DNA from: a virus
Virus record (IMG/VR): IMGVR_UViG_3300002064_000002
Length of the DNA: 27,889 nucleotides
Direction: 5' to 3' (one strand)
Numbering within the stretch: the stretch's first letter is position 1; every line of letters starts with the position of its first letter. A program made the position numbers and the translations under genes. The notes beneath the pieces are model-generated. The model saw only the letters and a program-made list of their open reading frames with translations. It was not told where the DNA came from and searched no databases. Positions 9,701-20,600 of this stretch are shown here, piece by piece.

Positions 9701-12289
9701 AGAATACTCAGGACTCAGATCTAGAATTTGTTCTACTAGACCCATGTTGAATATTAACTGTTTCTGTAACTTCTTTATCTCAGCTACTTTCTCTGTTTCT
9801 CCTTTAAAAAATTTACCATTTATTATCCCTTGTACTTTATATGCAGATGTTAGCTCTGATAATACTCTAAATATATCTTTTCCAGAAGTAAAGTCCACAT
9901 TAGGGTTCCCATTAAGCCTTTTCATCTCCTCTTCTACTCGAGCTCTCTGTTCTATTAAAGATTTTCTCTTCTCATAGAACTCTGTAGTAGCAGAAGTTTC
10001 TATATTATTCATAGACCACTGATCAAAAGTACCGTTTTTCTCATGGAACTTTTTTTCTCTTTCCCATCTCTTTAGAGATGATTCAGGTATTACCCATTGA
10101 TGCATCTTATAATTAGCTTCAGAATAGTCATGAAATACCTGTGCTATTTTCTTATATTTATCTTCCTTTCTATTAATAGACTCCAAGTGAGTCTCATAGA
10201 GTTCTTCTGCATTTGCAACTCCATTGGCTTTATCTTCCTCAAATCCTTTCCTGGCTGCTTCTCTCTCTGCATTATACTTCCTCTCCACTGCAGCAATACT
10301 TCCCAACTCAAATTTCTCCTGTCTTAATTTTCTAATATCAGATCTGGAAGTAGGTGTTTCATTACCTGACATTATCTGCTCCTGCATCTCTCTAATGCCG
10401 TCATCTATTTCCTTCATCATTCCGGCCAGATACTCTCCTTCTATGACTACTTCCAGTTTGTTCAGATTCTCATAGTACTCTTGCGTATAAGGTTTTCTTA
10501 CATTCTCAAATTCAAATTTATTATTAGCACTATTTGCCATAATAAATAATCTGTTCATAGCACCTCTGTACTCATCGGTCTTACTACCATCATTATCTGC
10601 CTTCTGTCTAAATGCTTTTATCTGTCTTAGAAAAGACTTATTAAATGTTCTTTGCTTATCAAACTCAGGACTTATCTCTCCCACTAGTCTTAATTGTCTA
10701 TTTCTCCTAAGTCCTACTTTTTCTGCCACAGTTTCTATATCTCCAGATTGTAGAGCTAGTACCAGTTCATTGATACCTTCTATAGTATCAGGAATTTCAG
10801 CCAAGTTATCTGTACCAAATGTTTCTACTATTTCTACAAATTCTTCATAGTCTTTTTCTGTATTGCTCTTATTACCCAAAGCTCCAGTTTCTATTGCTTT
10901 ATTCAATATCTTTTGTAATGCAGTGGCTGGTCTTTGGAATTCATTAGCAGAATCTCTTTCTGACCTAGCTACTAGATTACCAAATCCCTGCACTATAAGA
11001 TCCTTATTATCTCTAGAAGCCTGAATCATGGTTTTTATATAATGCACATCTCCTCTCTCCCCTTCCAATATAGATACTATAGTTTCCTTTGTAGGAGCAA
11101 GGTCTTCTACTTCCTTCTTTCTCCTAGCTAGTGCAGATTCATAGTTTTTGATAGCTCCCTCATTGTTTGCTTCTTTTGATTCTCCAAGTTTGCGCTCAAG
11201 GTAAGCTATGTCCTTATCCGCCTTTCTTTTCCATATTCTGTATCCTGGTTCATATAACTTAACTAACTCTTCAGTAGCTTCTTTTTTGGCTAGTTCTCTC
11301 TTGATATCATTAATCGATTTTATTCTAGCCTCTAGTTTTTCAAGAGTATTAGTTATAGGACTTTTTGAAGAATTTCTACCAGTTCCTAATTCTAGTTCTT
11401 TTCTGATTGCATCTATAGCTCCTAGATGTGGTGCTAATAATTCATACAAATCATGTACTTCAAGATACTTGTTGACAGCTTTCTCATCTATTTGTATCTG
11501 TCTTATCCCACTACCAACCCCATTAGCTAGTGTATTCACATAAGCCAAATAAGAACCCAGTGCTTCTGCTTTCTTTTTGAGATTCATACCGACTTTGTTC
11601 TCATTCATAAGAACTTGACTTAGTTGCTTATGCATCTTGAATCCCTTACCTACTACATCTACCTTATCCAAAGCTCTCTGATTTTCATCGGATACGGTCT
11701 GCTTATTCTTCTCAATATTTAATTGCTTATGTAGTGCATTATATGCAGTATTAATAGCTTCCAGTATAGGAGTTTCATTTTTCAAGAAGTCCTTCTGCAT
11801 TCTATCAGTAGTAAGTTTTATATATTTAGAAGTACCTATATTTTGAGTATCTATCTCTACATCTTTTTTATTATGGTGGGCATCCACAATTGCTTGTGAT
11901 TCTTTCTTAGTAAGATATCTCTTTACAAAGAACAATCTTTCAGTTTCTACACCAGGGCTACCATCTTCTTCTACACTTCTTGTTACTGCTATCTTGAATA
12001 CAGGAAAACCGAATGCAGTATTCATTTGATGAATAGTGTCATGTAGTTCTCTACGCATCTGATCAATATCAGCCTGCCCTACTTCATCTTCAGTCCCTTC
12101 TCTTTGTAAGATCCTGTCTGAAAGTACATCCAAGTCTACACTGGCATTAGTTTCATTGAAAGAACCAAAGTCTCTTGTAAAGTTCTCTCCATATGCTTTT
12201 TTTAGGATATCAGTAACAGTCACCACCTCCCTTGCAAGGATATTACTTCCTGATTGATCTTTTCCTAACTGTGATTTACAATCACTCAT
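6734..12289 (-). CDS. Giant putative virion ejection/cargo protein with C-terminal membrane-interacting region
   Basis: 1851 aa, charged and coiled-coil rich. Near the C-terminus are the hydrophobic segment IIIMTAVVSIAMLAVGF followed by DDEDE, and GNYGSLNQTLAQRHIVWRSLFWMKQF, a layout resembling crAss-like ejection proteins. Its only Cys is at position 4. Confidence 0.7.
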   Translation of the reverse strand: MSDCKSQLGKDQSGSNILAREVVTVTDILKKAYGENFTRDFGSFNETNASVDLDVLSDRILQREGTEDEVGQADIDQMRRELHDTIHQMNTAFGFPVFKIAVTRSVEEDGSPGVETERLFFVKRYLTKKESQAIVDAHHNKKDVEIDTQNIGTSKYIKLTTDRMQKDFLKNETPILEAINTAYNALHKQLNIEKNKQTVSDENQRALDKVDVVGKGFKMHKQLSQVLMNENKVGMNLKKKAEALGSYLAYVNTLANGVGSGIRQIQIDEKAVNKYLEVHDLYELLAPHLGAIDAIRKELELGTGRNSSKSPITNTLEKLEARIKSINDIKRELAKKEATEELVKLYEPGYRIWKRKADKDIAYLERKLGESKEANNEGAIKNYESALARRKKEVEDLAPTKETIVSILEGERGDVHYIKTMIQASRDNKDLIVQGFGNLVARSERDSANEFQRPATALQKILNKAIETGALGNKSNTEKDYEEFVEIVETFGTDNLAEIPDTIEGINELVLALQSGDIETVAEKVGLRRNRQLRLVGEISPEFDKQRTFNKSFLRQIKAFRQKADNDGSKTDEYRGAMNRLFIMANSANNKFEFENVRKPYTQEYYENLNKLEVVIEGEYLAGMMKEIDDGIREMQEQIMSGNETPTSRSDIRKLRQEKFELGSIAAVERKYNAEREAARKGFEEDKANGVANAEELYETHLESINRKEDKYKKIAQVFHDYSEANYKMHQWVIPESSLKRWEREKKFHEKNGTFDQWSMNNIETSATTEFYEKRKSLIEQRARVEEEMKRLNGNPNVDFTSGKDIFRVLSELTSAYKVQGIINGKFFKGETEKVAEIKKLQKQLIFNMGLVEQILDLSPEYSQRTEQIAKLVEEKNELEYQQQIITDKEDLKAIKTRQRELRKSMNKLGQDNANEMRDQRQALRDSNREMYDLLTSYEKLSEQMRDLSKRITTEYYQEALDDALEEFAEQQDIQLEEDFEANGNRYFLEGKTWKKIKLDEQEQLATYLGPRENILSIYRRSKNFQDKFKAESEWYKNNHISNFFIAKNEESGKSYISKTFEPIYIWKHSKPRNQEHIDKEAPTFAWKQRKVRDGIINPEGIKEGGFINDEFNEEGDIDIKGNYKAIKHKRWLNPKYQNIANNPDKEAFVEGYRKEYHNFQLKYPESKRLGDVLPSKRKEFTLENMGHEWQGAKDTFNRFSEQFIKTKQDLTEGEAVSVDSKGKEAQRIPVLMSGPIEPEDNSNIFSQTILEYGRHAYRYEHLTNIDSTANALIETTGNNSIKNKDKEDATDQAHRRKLAEETASKLKIKGVIDSKAVNRRHEALIQMREMHILNQKKITVEQLDKLSIGDKAINVDKAFGTLLGWRSTVVMATLPWSAHAFATQGANLANGMLQMALMTGTNNEYSLKETARAYKKATKDLKSVFNDWHNSEAYSDNLGSQMMWYFGALESTLSDVTGERVRNKNALRKFLSRDFLFWLKNSVELTLATTTYRMVGEKYMVTIDGNRQVPIIEAYENTQGYPMEIGNIKFPTATQEEYDEYVEAREILRTSENLQDLQDAEHYIKQYKSTHEFLFSAKVADLQRNVNGNYGSLNQTLAQRHIVWRSLFWMKQFLLPMLRFRYGSLHYKFEAGGLRQGYYRTMIDAVDPRHLKGQGIVKMAMHTINTFTRPMHHDFLNEREIKDIKKVHNDIIIMTAVVSIAMLAVGFDDEDETVMVYNEYTNEWEKKKATAYNKMKARDHTLVGKALNTVANMLNKISSEYQSVNVVTGINEFNRVRNNLTSEMIPMFDQVLKVASSVYGGRYEKNGPTYRKGELKFFNELQKQILGMGTSKVGDFNMIEAIKIREGMKR

Positions 12290-14694
12290 AACTTACAATT
12301 TTTATATTCTTCTATAGTATCACTCTTAAAATAATAGAAAGTTCCTTTACTCTTTGCCAACTCTGCTCTACTACCAGGATCATGGTCTGATATAGTATCA
12401 AGAGTTACATCTTTCTGGTTATTAATAAGAGGTACAAATTGATTTTCATACTTTGCCCCAATCATTAGATTACCATGTTCATAAGTAGTACTCTCTCCTA
12501 GATGCTCCATAGCATCCACATTTGTTTCTCCATTGAAACTTTCACGAGGTTGCTTGAATTCCTGCTTTACAATATGAGTTCTACTATTCAGAAATCCAGC
12601 AGATAAATTATAGCCATCAATTGTCATCAATTGCGCATTAGTAAGATCCTCATAGAAAAAATAATCTCCATGATCTATATCCTTAGTGGGTTGACTATTT
12701 CTTCTTGCTTTGAAATATAGTAGCTTTGGTTCCCCATTTTCATCTAGTAATAGACTGGACTTAGGGTTATGCATTATAGCAAACTCTCCAAGATTGAATA
12801 TCCCATTCTTACTTACTTTCTTATTTACATCTGTGTTCTTACTACCTTCCAAGTACTTAGGTATGTCATACCTAAGAAGATGTCTTGTCATCTGATATCT
12901 TGTCAGTAGGTTCCCACTATAAGTATATCCTGGTCGTAATAATTCTATATCAGCCCGCATCTCTGATAACTTTTCTTCATTAATGTTACCTCTGTCCTTC
13001 AAAATTTCTACCAGTTTATGATTAAGTTGAATAGTTTTTATAAATTTAGCTCTATCAGACATAAACTTAAGCTGCTCTATTTCTTCATTATAGCTACCTG
13101 GTGTAGTTGCTTTACCAATCTTCTTGGATACTAATTCTTTCAACTCTTCTGTAGTGATGGTACCATCTACATCCGGTCTAAGGTTCTCTACATAAAAATC
13201 AAGTAACTGATCTATATTAGAATGAGCAGTCATTCTGTTGTATACTCGCAGCATATCTGCTTTAAGCTTTCTTTTAAATTTATCAGGTCCAAATTCTACT
13301 ATTCTAAAAAACTCTTTAGCTAAATCCTGATTGTAGAGCCTATCTCTATTATAATAATCGATTGCATCATAAAAGTTAATGACTGATATATCATACATTG
13401 ATGCATCCGAATCAGGGTTGTTATTTTCTAATTTGATATACTCTAATGCAGTATATTTCTTTCTTGTTTTCTTAAATTCTTTACCTAGATTACTTCTTAG
13501 ATCCGATACTGTTATTGCTACCTGATCTCCGTGCTCTGTTCTTATATCTTCTATACTCATTTTGGTATTTTCAAGAAGACTTGATTTTAAAAGAACTATA
13601 TCATCAGTAGTATTACTGAGGTCATTTAGCTCTCTTATCTTGTCATTACCTATTTTTTCAGTGAAAGAAAGGATAGTTTTCAATCTTTTTATCTCTTTGG
13701 GTAGGTTATCCGATAGTCTCAGAAACTCATTATCCTTTTTGTCTGTACTTAATTCTGCTATAGTTTTTCCATTAAATCTAGGTACTAATTCTACTTCGAT
13801 GGGATCAAGATATTCTTCAGTAGGGAACTGTTCTATATCTATCTCTCTACTTTCCTGACTTACATTATCTAGATCAGACTCAAAGAATTCTTTTACATTT
13901 GATAGATTTCCCATAGTACGGAAGGTGGGATTAGTGTCTGATTTTTCATACACTACTACTCTGTTAGGTATAATCTCATCAAAGACTAAATCTTTATCTT
14001 CAAAAAGCTCATCTAATATATCATTCATATCTCTTTCAGGATCTTCTGCCACAATATCAAAGTATTCTGACTTTAGAGGCATGGATAATTGAAGAGGAGA
14101 AAATTTACTTCCCAGATAGCCTTCTGGTTTCTTTATATCATTATCTATGGGAATGGTTATTCTGTCTATACTCTCATTGCCTAAATCTACTCTCAGTACT
14201 ACTGCACCTGGTACTTCTGTTTTGGATAATATGGATACTATCTTCTTTCTATCTGCAGTATTTATGAAATTAGAATCTGTAATAGGGATTTCTATCTTAA
14301 AATTTTTATCAGAAATTCCCAGTATCTCTCCTATTCTACTATCTACCCTGGATACCAGACTCTTGGATTCTATACCAAGGTATTGTTCCAGGTTTGCTTT
14401 ATTACTGGATTGTTGCCAATCTCCAAACTGACTTTCAAACTTAGGAGTATAAGCATGAGCCCATAGACCTACAGCCATCTCCTGCAGATCAGTTTTCCAT
14501 TCATAAATATGACCTGCTCTCTCCAAGGAATCCAAGTGATCTTTCATATCCTGACTAAGAGAATTGACTACACTGGGCACATTGGCAATTGCTTCATTGA
14601 TCTTCTGAAAGAGCAGGCTAGGTTTACCAGTTACTGTTTTCACTTCCAATCCATTTTCTCTGCTTACTTGTCCATCAAATACTTCACAAATCAT
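12286..14694 (-). CDS. Large virion-associated protein with a split, probably inactive ART-PolyVal-like domain
   Basis: 802 aa with GKPSLLF and YTPKFESQFGDW near the N-terminus, and LLDENGEPKLLY...YFFYED...A...GFLN...NQF near the C-terminus. Cys occurs only at positions 3 and 800. It overlaps both neighbours. Confidence 0.6.
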   Translation of the reverse strand: MICEVFDGQVSRENGLEVKTVTGKPSLLFQKINEAIANVPSVVNSLSQDMKDHLDSLERAGHIYEWKTDLQEMAVGLWAHAYTPKFESQFGDWQQSSNKANLEQYLGIESKSLVSRVDSRIGEILGISDKNFKIEIPITDSNFINTADRKKIVSILSKTEVPGAVVLRVDLGNESIDRITIPIDNDIKKPEGYLGSKFSPLQLSMPLKSEYFDIVAEDPERDMNDILDELFEDKDLVFDEIIPNRVVVYEKSDTNPTFRTMGNLSNVKEFFESDLDNVSQESREIDIEQFPTEEYLDPIEVELVPRFNGKTIAELSTDKKDNEFLRLSDNLPKEIKRLKTILSFTEKIGNDKIRELNDLSNTTDDIVLLKSSLLENTKMSIEDIRTEHGDQVAITVSDLRSNLGKEFKKTRKKYTALEYIKLENNNPDSDASMYDISVINFYDAIDYYNRDRLYNQDLAKEFFRIVEFGPDKFKRKLKADMLRVYNRMTAHSNIDQLLDFYVENLRPDVDGTITTEELKELVSKKIGKATTPGSYNEEIEQLKFMSDRAKFIKTIQLNHKLVEILKDRGNINEEKLSEMRADIELLRPGYTYSGNLLTRYQMTRHLLRYDIPKYLEGSKNTDVNKKVSKNGIFNLGEFAIMHNPKSSLLLDENGEPKLLYFKARRNSQPTKDIDHGDYFFYEDLTNAQLMTIDGYNLSAGFLNSRTHIVKQEFKQPRESFNGETNVDAMEHLGESTTYEHGNLMIGAKYENQFVPLINNQKDVTLDTISDHDPGSRAELAKSKGTFYYFKSDTIEEYKNCKL

Positions 14695-17600
14695 TAGTTA
14701 CATTTTTTACTTAGATTATCTTTCTGGCTTTGACTCAGGTCTTTTACTTCTTTTATTTCAGAAGAGTCATATAAAAACATCACCTCTTCCCCTTTCTTAT
14801 ATTCCAGTAAACCTGAATCATCTTGAGCAATCTCAATGTTTTCTACCTTTAAGAAGTCGCGCATTCTTTCATCACTTTTAAGTTCACTTATAGGTACCAA
14901 GGCTATTCCTCCTTTTGATACTACTGCTATTATATCTCTAAGAGGTAATTTTGAATCAAAGTCAATATACACAAATTTATTTTTAACTGCTTCAGAATCC
15001 ACATCAGCTTCTCTAAGTGTATCAAGTATAAAGTCTTTCTTACTTATCTGCTCTACTGTTTTGCCTTTCACAGCATCAGTAGTATTCTTGACTTTTATTT
15101 CAAGATCTCTATATCTTCTTGTACCAGGAGTTAACCTTTTCTGACTTCTATCCGGGTCTGATGATGTATAAAACTCAGGATTATAAACTTCAAAGTCTTT
15201 TAGGAACTTCTGAAATAAGCCTTGGCTATTATCTAGATCTTCTAATATAGAAAGATCAAGTACTCCGTCAGTAAATTCTTTCATAAACTTTCTAGGAATA
15301 CTAGGTACGAAGCCAAAGTGATTCTTTCTAAACCCAGCTTGCCCAAATCCTATCAAAGCTATTTCTTTTGCCAGTCCTTTGAACCTGTCATCTATCTTCT
15401 CTATAGCTTCTATTTTTAATATAGATTGATGTATTGCATTCACCATACTAGTATCACTAATATCCTTATTCACCTGTAAATATACATCTGTCAGATCCTC
15501 CACCTCATTAGTATAGTGAGTTCTATAAAGCATATCAGATTGTAACTCAGGATACTCTGCAGTCATCAATAGATATTTGTCATAAGTGCTATTTGCTATG
15601 TCTGAGAGTTTCTGATTTATATTAACTCCATCTACTGTACCTGTCTTCTTTACCAAGTATTCTTTGAAGTCTGCTATAAGAAGAGTTCTCAACCTTTCTC
15701 TTTGAGATCTCTTTAATTTGGCAAATACCTTTTTGCCAGTAGAATATTTTCTAATAGCTTCTGTCAGATCAGCATCATAAGTGAAAGGAGCAAGGTTTTC
15801 ATGTATAGTCTGTACTGCATCATCCTGATGATAAGGACTAACCTCTGAATCTTCTAGTACTTTCTTTATATACTCTGCCTGTACCAAAAGATTCTTATCA
15901 CTAAGACTTATCTGTGATCTTCTATCTTGTATCTCCATAGGAGTTCTTGATGGACTAGTATCCACTTTCAAGAATGACTGGATGGATAACATCTGCCCTG
16001 CCTGTATATCCATTTCATTGAAATAAGCTAAGACAGCCAATTGTTCCACTACTTCTGGATCTGTTCTCTCAAAGAAAGACATTTCTACCTGGTCTTTACT
16101 AGGTCTTTTTTTCTTCTGTAATTCAGCTAACTTATCCGAATACCTTCCTTCCTGAAATGCTTTATTCGACCATTCTTCTAACTTGAATTTACCATCCTCG
16201 AAGAAATAATCTGCACCCAGTTCCTCGAATATTCTTCTACTATCCAATCCAGCTTTTACTAATTTATCTCCTCTCTTTTTCTTTATGATATATTCTTGAG
16301 GAATACCGTATCTTTCTGCCATTTTAACTACTGCAGTTTCCTTATTCACTCCAGAATCTACTAATTGCCCGGCTTGGAATATAATAGGTTGCTTCATGAA
16401 TCTCTTCATTCTACTAAATGGTATAGATAAGAAGTTAGAGAACATATATACGGACTTAGTGAACTCATTGAAGCCTGCTGCTCCGAGATCCGGCTTCTTC
16501 GCTCCATCTACCGACTTGTTAATATAGCCGGACTGTATAGCTACTTTAGTAAGGAAGGCTTTTAGTTCTCCTACTCCATCGATGATCTGCTGATTATCTA
16601 ATCTGAATCCATCCTTATCCGTATTAGATGCTTGTTCTGCATCAGTAAGAAGCTGAATATTTAATACTTCACTGGCTGTCTTTTTATTGGTTTTTCTATT
16701 CCATACTATATTACCAGACGCATCAGGGTATCCCATTCTAGCCCCTGCTCTCATAAAGAGTTCTATAAATGGAAGATTGGCTGCTGCTATATCCAAAAGA
16801 TTCTTTGTCTCTATAAGAAACTTTCTGGCCTGTAAGTTCACAGTAGGAGCATATATGTCCATTCCAGTAGGTAGATCCAATTCATCTCCGAAGTTATCAT
16901 CATTATTGGTTCTATAGTCTTTCTGGTCTGACTTAGTCTTTAACTCAGCAAGTTCATCAGTCATGTAATTATTATCAATAGGCTTGATCGTATTATAGAA
17001 GTTATACGGATGAAGAAGGCTGTTCTTAGTTGCATCCAGTAACTGGTTAGTGTACCGAGCTTTATCCGAGTTCAATTTTTTTGCTTTCTTTTTAGGATCC
17101 CCACTATATTCTTCTGTAATTCTATCACCTGTTTCAGGATCAAGACTCGGGTACCATAGATTGATCTTATCAAAATCAAAATCAGATCCCATCTGTCCTA
17201 CTACTTCTAGAGGAAGTATAGCTACTGGTCCTTGTGATGCTGAAAGGAATTTCTTTATCTTGAATACACCGGCAGAAGAAAGTAGCTGTGTAGGTATTCT
17301 ATATGCTACAGCAGTGATAAGATCAGCTGGTATAGCATTTTCTGCTATCAATTCATTCAATGCATCTACCTTACTGATCTTTTTCTCACTGGCTCTTTGC
17401 CTTACGTCTGCTCTTTTAAGAAGAGGTTTGAAATTATCTGACATAGGTACCATCATCTCTGATGGTTCTCCTATTGCAGGCATATACTTCAATTTATTAT
17501 CAAATCCTGCAGTAAAACCTGATGCAGATAATTGTACAGCAAGAGTACCATCTATGGTAAATCTGTAGATATTCTTATTAACTATACCAGTAATAAGGTT

Positions 17601-20600
17601 GATAAGTGTACTATCTACTCCTGTGTTTTCTATAGTAGTTACATTACTGATAGAATCTCTAGTCTCATGGATCCAATCCTTGATAGGAGCTGGTATTTCT
17701 CCATCATTGGTCTTCATCAACTGATCTTCTATTGCATTGACCAATACACCTATACCACTTTGTTTCATAGTGAAACTGGTATCTCCTAATTCTACACCTA
17801 TTTGTAATCTCAATTTATCAAGCTGTGTATTCAATAGACCTCTGAGAGCACCCTTGTATTTATTATGGTTGTATTCAAATTTCTTTGTAGAATCAGTTAG
17901 TATTCCTTTGTTATCATCAGCATCAACATATCTACCATTGTGCATCACATTGGAGAATATCTCTTTACTGAACTGGGATCCTATTCTGTTCTTAGTCTTT
18001 TGTTTATTATCTGTATCTATCTGCTCTATTAAAGTAGGAGAATATAATTGAATAGTTTGATCACTGAAGTTATCATTATCTATGAACTTCTGATTAACTC
18101 CATTGCTATCAGACCCTCCGAAGAAGTTCACTATAGTAGATTTCTTACTATCATTTCCTTCTGCTATCCCCAACTTGATAGCTTCCTGTGAAGCAAATAC
18201 ATGTATATTCTGTTCATAGGCTTTCTTAACTAAGCTTTCCAGTGGAGTATTATGCATAGCGGACGGAGAAAGACTGGCATAAGAACTCTTCAAGAATACT
18301 GCATGGTTATTTTCTCCTACTGCATTACCTCTGTATTGTAATTTCAATTGAGCAAATCTATGATCAGGTTTTGGTGGAAGAAGTATCTTTTCTCCTCCAG
18401 GTAGATAATGCTTTTTATAATATGCTAATTCATACTTGTATAGTTTTTGATCTTTGTCTGTCCACTTACCTTTTTCCTTTAAGTAGTTCCTCATATAGTC
18501 TAAGCTCATGTAAGACTGTGCATCATTAGAATCCATCTTACTTAATGGCCCTCCTTTTCCATCTTTACCAAATAACTCTTCTCTGGTATCTTTCTCTATA
18601 ATTGCTCTTAATGCAGCATGGTCTTCTATAGGAATCTGGTACGTATTTATAAATGCTCTGAATCTTGATTCGACTCCATTAGCAAGTAAAGTCTTTGCCT
18701 GTTCTGCTCTCTGAGTTGGTTTTCCTTTATTCTTACCCTTAGTTTCTACTTCATCAGGATCCAGTTTTATTACATCATTATCAATAAACATTGTATTGAT
18801 ATGAAAACTATTATAATCTTCTTTACTTTGCTTCTCTCTGGCAGTGACATCATAGAAGTCATTAGAGTAAAGATCCCAATCTCTTCTATCAGTACTGCCC
18901 ATCTTTCCACTAGAAATAATATCCTTTAATCTCTTATGTATACCCTTGTTAGGATAATTGTGTATTCCACCATAAAGTAATCTCATGGATTCTCTCTGAT
19001 GCACAATATAGTTATGACTGAATTTCTTAAGAAGTAATTCTTTAGGCATACTCTGATGAGGATCGTTTTCATCCAGTCCCTTCTTATATTCTCTCACTGC
19101 ATCTATATCCAATACCTCGTACTTTTCTATTAGTAAATCAGCCCAATGGTCATGGTATGTTAATACAGCATCTTCTATTATTTCTAATTGATCTGACATA
19201 GCATCATAAAACATCATCCCAAGACCTGTTGTAGAACTAGTAGCAGCTAGTGTTACTTCTCTAATAGCATCTTGTACTTCCTTATTATCTACACTGTCCT
19301 CATATAGATCAAAACTCTCCAAGTATTTAAAATCAGATAAACTTATTTTAGGGTAGTTATCAGTTAGTAATTTTCCTTCTCTGGTCTCTTGTCTTACTCT
19401 TAGCAGTTCAGAAGCCAGAGCTCTCATTTCAGTTTTAATAAGCTGTTCATTTATAGATTTTTCCGTAGTACCTGGAATCCATAATCTTTTATCACTGAAC
19501 TTGAGTGCTGCAGCAGTAGCTGCTGTTTCTGCTCTAGGTAATTCAACAAATCCGTTTCTCAACATAGTGAGAATATTAAGATGTAGCCATTGTTTATCTG
19601 TAAGGTTATTAGTAGTCTTTTCTGTATTATTCTTAGGATCTTTTCTTATATTCTGATCTCCATTATAATTAATGAACTCTACTGCTCTTTTTCCTGCTTC
19701 CCTGTACTCTTTCCTTAGTTCTTTAGTTTCTGCAGACCCCTTACCAGTAGGTAATATGGTTTCCTTTATTCTCTGATAGAAAGGGGAGTTGACAAATGAC
19801 TCACTATTTAGATGGCTGAGTATGTTATACATCTCATTATCCTCTACTCCTTGCATTAGTCCTTCAAAGAAAGCCTGGTCATTAATACTTCTTTCTACTA
19901 AGTTAGCAAAGTTAGGTTTACTATTGGCAGGAGTAGGTTTACCCCCAGCTCCTAATGCATATTGATTGGAAACTATTCTGGTGTACTTAGCCTCTTCTCT
20001 AGCTAAAGTATCAATCAGAGTTTTGATAGAGTATACTTTTCCATTAGCTTCCTCATTAGCTACGTTCTTTCTCAACTGCTCTACTGGATTACTTAATCCT
20101 CCTTTGGTAGCCGTTTCCTTTACTGCTGCAGTTCTATTAATGAAATCAGCTATATTGCCTGATATTAGAGAGAACTTTAAATTACCTGCCTTTTTTTCTT
20201 TCTTTATATCTTCTATAGTTCTTGGATCCACCTCGAATCCTAGTACCTTGAAAAAGGTGTTGTACAATATATCTGCAGTATTGGTTCTTGAAGCTACTTC
20301 TTTATTGCCATTACCCAGAGCATAATCTATTACTTTTTTAAGATTGACCGGATTTGCTACTAGCTTATTATTAGGTAGATTCATTACCAGATCATCATAG
20401 GTTATTCCTGATACTTCATCATAGCCATCATATCCTCCATCCTCGAATCTATCATCCCATGGAAATACAAGATTAAAATTACCCTGATGTTTTCTGAAAT
20501 TACCAGTCCAACTTCTCTTTATCTTTACATTGGCTCCTCCAATACTCATGATGAAGTTGGAATCTCCCAAAGAATCAGTAAATCCTACCTGCATGTATAC

